A stretch of 64,000 nucleotides of DNA from Malacoraja senta (lineage: Eukaryota). Shown piece by piece: positions 60,685 through 64,000 of this stretch. Positions within the stretch are counted from its first letter, which is position 1. Every line of letters begins with the position of its first letter. The stretch is taken from NCBI GenBank assembly GCA_038087875.1, contig JAXLNO010005195.1, positions 1 through 64,000 on the forward strand. Direction: 5' to 3'. Made by a program: the position numbers and the translations under genes. Under the pieces are notes generated by a model. That model was not told the origin of the DNA. It was given only the letters and a program-made list of their open reading frames with translations, and did no database searches.

Positions 60685-63030
60685 CAAAACAGTTATAATG
60701 GGTGACTTCAATCTACATATAGATTGGGTGAATCAAATTGGCAGGGGTGCTGAGGAAGAGGATTTCTTGGAATGTATGCGGGATAGTTATCTAAATCTAC
60801 ATGTAGAGGAACCAACGAGAGAGCAGGCTATTCTAGACTGGGTATTGAGTAATGAGGAAGGGTTAGTTAGCAGTCTTGTTGTACGTGCCCCCTTGGGCAA
60901 GAGTGACCATAATATGGTTGAGTTCTTCATTAGGATGGAGAGTGACATTGTTAATTCAGAAACAATGGTTCTGAACTTAAAGAAAGATAACTTTGAGGGT
61001 ATGAGACGTGAATTGGCCAAGATTGACTGGCAATTAATTCTAAAAGGGTTGACGGTGGATATGCAATGGAAGACATTTAAAGACTGCATGGATGAACTAC
61101 AAAAATTGTTCATCCCAGTTTGGCAAAAGAATAAATCAGGGAAGGTAGTGCATCCGTGGATAACAAGGGAAATCAGGGATGGTATTAAAGCGAAGGATGA
61201 TGCGTACAAATTAGCCAGAAAAAGCAGCATACCGGAGGACTGGGAGAAATTCAGAGACCAGCAGAGGAGGACAAAGGGCTTAATTAGGAAAGGAAAAATA
61301 GATTATGAAAGAAAACTGGCAGGGAACATAAAAACTGACTGCAAACGTTTTTATAGATATGTGAAAAGAAAGAGATTAGTTAAAACAAATGTAGGTCCCT
61401 TGCAGTCAGAAACAGGTCAGTTGATCATGGGGAACAAGGATATGGCGGACCAATTGAATAACTACTTTGGTTCCGTCTTCACTAAGTAAGACATAAATAA
61501 TCTGCCGGAAATAGCAGGGGACCGCGGGTCAAAGGAGTTGGAGGAATTGGGTGAAATCCAGGTTAGTCGGGAAGTGGTGTTGGGTAAATTGAATGGATTA
61601 AAGGCCGATAAATCCCCAGGGCCAGATAGGCTGCATCCCAGAGTACTTAAGGAAGTAGCTCCAGAAATAGTGGATGCATTAGTAATAATCTTTCAAAACT
61701 CTTTAGATTCTGGAGTAGTTCCTGAGGATTGGCGGGTAGCAAACGTAACCCCACTTTTTAAGAAGGGAGGGAGTGAGAAAACGGGGAATTACAGACCAGT
61801 TAGTCTAACGTCGGTAGTGGGGAAACTGCTAGAGTCAGTTATTAAAGATGGGATAGCAGCACATTTGGAAAGTGGTGAAATCATTGGACAAAGTCAGCAT
61901 GGATTTACGAAAGGTAAATCATGTCTGACGAATCTTATAGAATTTTTCGAGGATGTAACTAGTAGCATGGATAGGGGAGAACCAGTGGATGTGGTGTATC
62001 TGGACTTCCAGAAGGCTTTTGACAAGGTCCCACATAAGAGATTATTATACAAACTTAAAGCACATGGCATTGGGGGTTCAGTATTGTTGTGGATAGAGAA
62101 CTGGCTGGCAAACAGGAAGCAAAGAGTAGGAGTAAACGGGTCCTTTTCACAATGGCAGGCAGTGACTAGTGGGGTACCGCAAGGGTCAGTGCTGGGACCC
62201 CAGCTATTTACGATATATATTAATGATCTGGATCAGGGAATTGAAGGCAATATCTATTATCTAAATGGTGGCCGACTAGGAAAAGGGGAGATGCAGCGAG
62301 ACCTGGGTGTCATGGTACACCAGTCATTGAAAGTAGGCATGCAGGTGCAGCAGGCAGTGAAGAAAGTGAATGGTATGTTAGCTTTCATAGCAAAAGGATT
62401 TGAGTATAGGAGCAGGGAGGTTCTACTGCAGTTGTACAGGGTCTTGGTGAGACCACACCTGGAGTATTGCGTACAGTTTTGGTCTCCAAATCTGAGGAAG
62501 GACATTATTGCCATAGAGGGAGTGCAGAGAAGGTTCACCAGACTGATTCCTGGGATGTCAGGACTGTCTTATGAAGAAAGACTGGATAGACTTGGTTTAT
62601 ACTCTCTAGAATTTAGGAGATTGAGGGGGGATCTTATAGAAACTTACAATATTCTTAAGGGGTTGGACAGGCTAGATGCAGGAAGATTGCTCCTGATGTT
62701 GGGGAAGTCCAGGACAAGGGGTCACAGCTTAAGGATTGGGGGAAATCCTTTAAAACCGAGATGAGAAGAACTTTTTTCACACAGAATGGTGAATCTCTGG
62801 AACTCTCTGCCACAGAGGGTAGTCGAGGCCAGTTCATTGGTTATACTTAAGAGGGAGTTAGATGTGGCCCTTGTGGCTAAAGGGATCAGAGGGTATGGAG
62901 AGAAGGCAGGTACGGGATACTGAGTTGGATGATCAGCCATGATCATATTGAATGGCGGTGCAGGCTCGAAGGGCCGAATGGCCTACTCCTGCACCTAATT
63001 TCTATGTTTCTATGTTTCTATGTTTCTATG
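60685..63030 (+). mobile_element. CR1 LINE (endonuclease C-terminus through 3' tail) with internal in-frame RT deletion
   Basis: MGDFN, ILDWVL, LGKSDHN, PGPD, SGVPQGSVLGP; FADD segment missing; stop at 61487-61489. Confidence 0.93.
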
Positions 63031-63290
63031 AGGTGCTGCTCCTCCAATTTGCGGTGGGACTCACTCTGGCCGTGGAGGAAGCCCAGGACAGAAAGGTGGG
63101 ATTCGGAATGGGAGGGGGAGTTGAAGGGCTAAGCCACTGGGAGATTGTGTTGGTTAAGAAGGACTGTGCGGAGGTGTTGGGTGAAGCGATCGCCAAGCCT
63201 GAGCTTAGTCTCACCGATGTAGAGCAGCTGACATCTAGAGCAGCGGATGCAGTAGATGAGGTTGGAGGAGGTGCAGGTGAACCTCTGCCG
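63030..63290 (-). mobile_element. Penelope-like GIY-YIG fragment
   Basis: RFTCTSSNLIYCIRCSRCQLLYIGET homologous segment. Confidence 0.8.
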
Positions 63291-63358
63291 AACCAGTTGT
63301 GCAGTGTAACTTCGTCAGCGCCTGTGTATTGCATCGAAGAGTCCCCTGCAACCTGTCA

Positions 63359-63691
63359 TGGGCCTGTCCCACTTACGGGACTTTATCGGCGACTGCCGGC
63401 ACCCGTCATAGGTCGTTACAGGTCGCCGAAAATGTCCAACCTGTTGAAACTCCAGCGGCGACCAGAACAAGGTACGACTCTTTGGGCGACTACTCACGAC
63501 CATACAGCCTTCATCCCCGCCACATGTCGCCAGGGTGTCGCTTGTATGGTCATGAGTTGTCTCTCCTCAGTCGCCCAATGTGTCGTAGCGGCTTTCTGGT
63601 CGCCGCTGGATTTTCAACTTGTTGAAAATTTTCGCCGACCTGCAATGACCTAAAGGGTCGCCGAAAAAGTCGCGTAAGTGGGACAGGCCCT
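63359..63691. mobile_element. Harbinger-type palindromic MITE
   Basis: Shared terminal GGGCCTGTCCCACTT; interior is a near-complete hairpin; half copy at ~35610-35698. Confidence 0.75.
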
Positions 63692-63699
63692 TTTCTCCC

Positions 63700-64000
63700 A
63701 CGGTTCACAGTCTCGCCAGCCTCCTGCCACTCACGCGGGCTGGAAGAGTCTGTGTTCCACGTGTATATGGAGTGTGTGAGGCTGCAGCCCCTGTTCCAAT
63801 ATGTAAAGCGCCTGCTCCTTGACTTCTGGTTCTAACCCACCACCCTCATCTTTGGACACCCTGTGCCTAGGGGAGAGGGTAGCAGGGGCCGAAGATGTCC
63901 TGCTTGGTTTGCTCCTGGGCCTGGCCAAGTTGGCCATCCGTGAGTCACGGCACCAGGCGTGTGAGGGCTCTGCCCGAGGCGGCTGCCCGCCCCTTTTCCG
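63700..64000 (+). mobile_element. Tx1-like LINE ORF2 C-terminal fragment
   Basis: ESVFHVYMECVRLQPLF..LLLDFW..EDVLLGLLLGLAKLAIRESR. Confidence 0.7.

Overview
Repeat-dense vertebrate genomic window, most likely from a cartilaginous fish (HE1-like SINEs, abundant CR1 LINEs, shark-type TRIM N-terminus; organism is inferred, not proven). Four host genes can be reconstructed from splice sites. (1) Exon 1 of a RING/B-box TRIM on the minus strand. (2) A five-exon, apparently secreted, non-rearranging immunoglobulin-like gene on the plus strand: leader, a single-exon VJ domain and three C1-set domains, 457 aa once a 1-bp deletion in the first C exon is repaired. Its architecture matches the elasmobranch MHC-linked UrIg, assigned by architecture only. 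(3) A complete 3-exon prostaglandin E synthase (PTGES-like, 149 aa). (4) The last two exons of an R4-family RGS (RGS3/RGS8-like) on the minus strand. The rest is mostly mobile DNA: CR1, Penelope (GIY-YIG, with minimal hammerhead ribozyme motifs), Rex1/Babar, Tx1, Vingi-like and RTE-like pieces, HE1-like SINEs, Harbinger/hAT/foldback MITEs, and a full-length Tc1 nested in a CR1. Four N-gaps limit interpretation. Repeat boundaries are approximate, read by eye.
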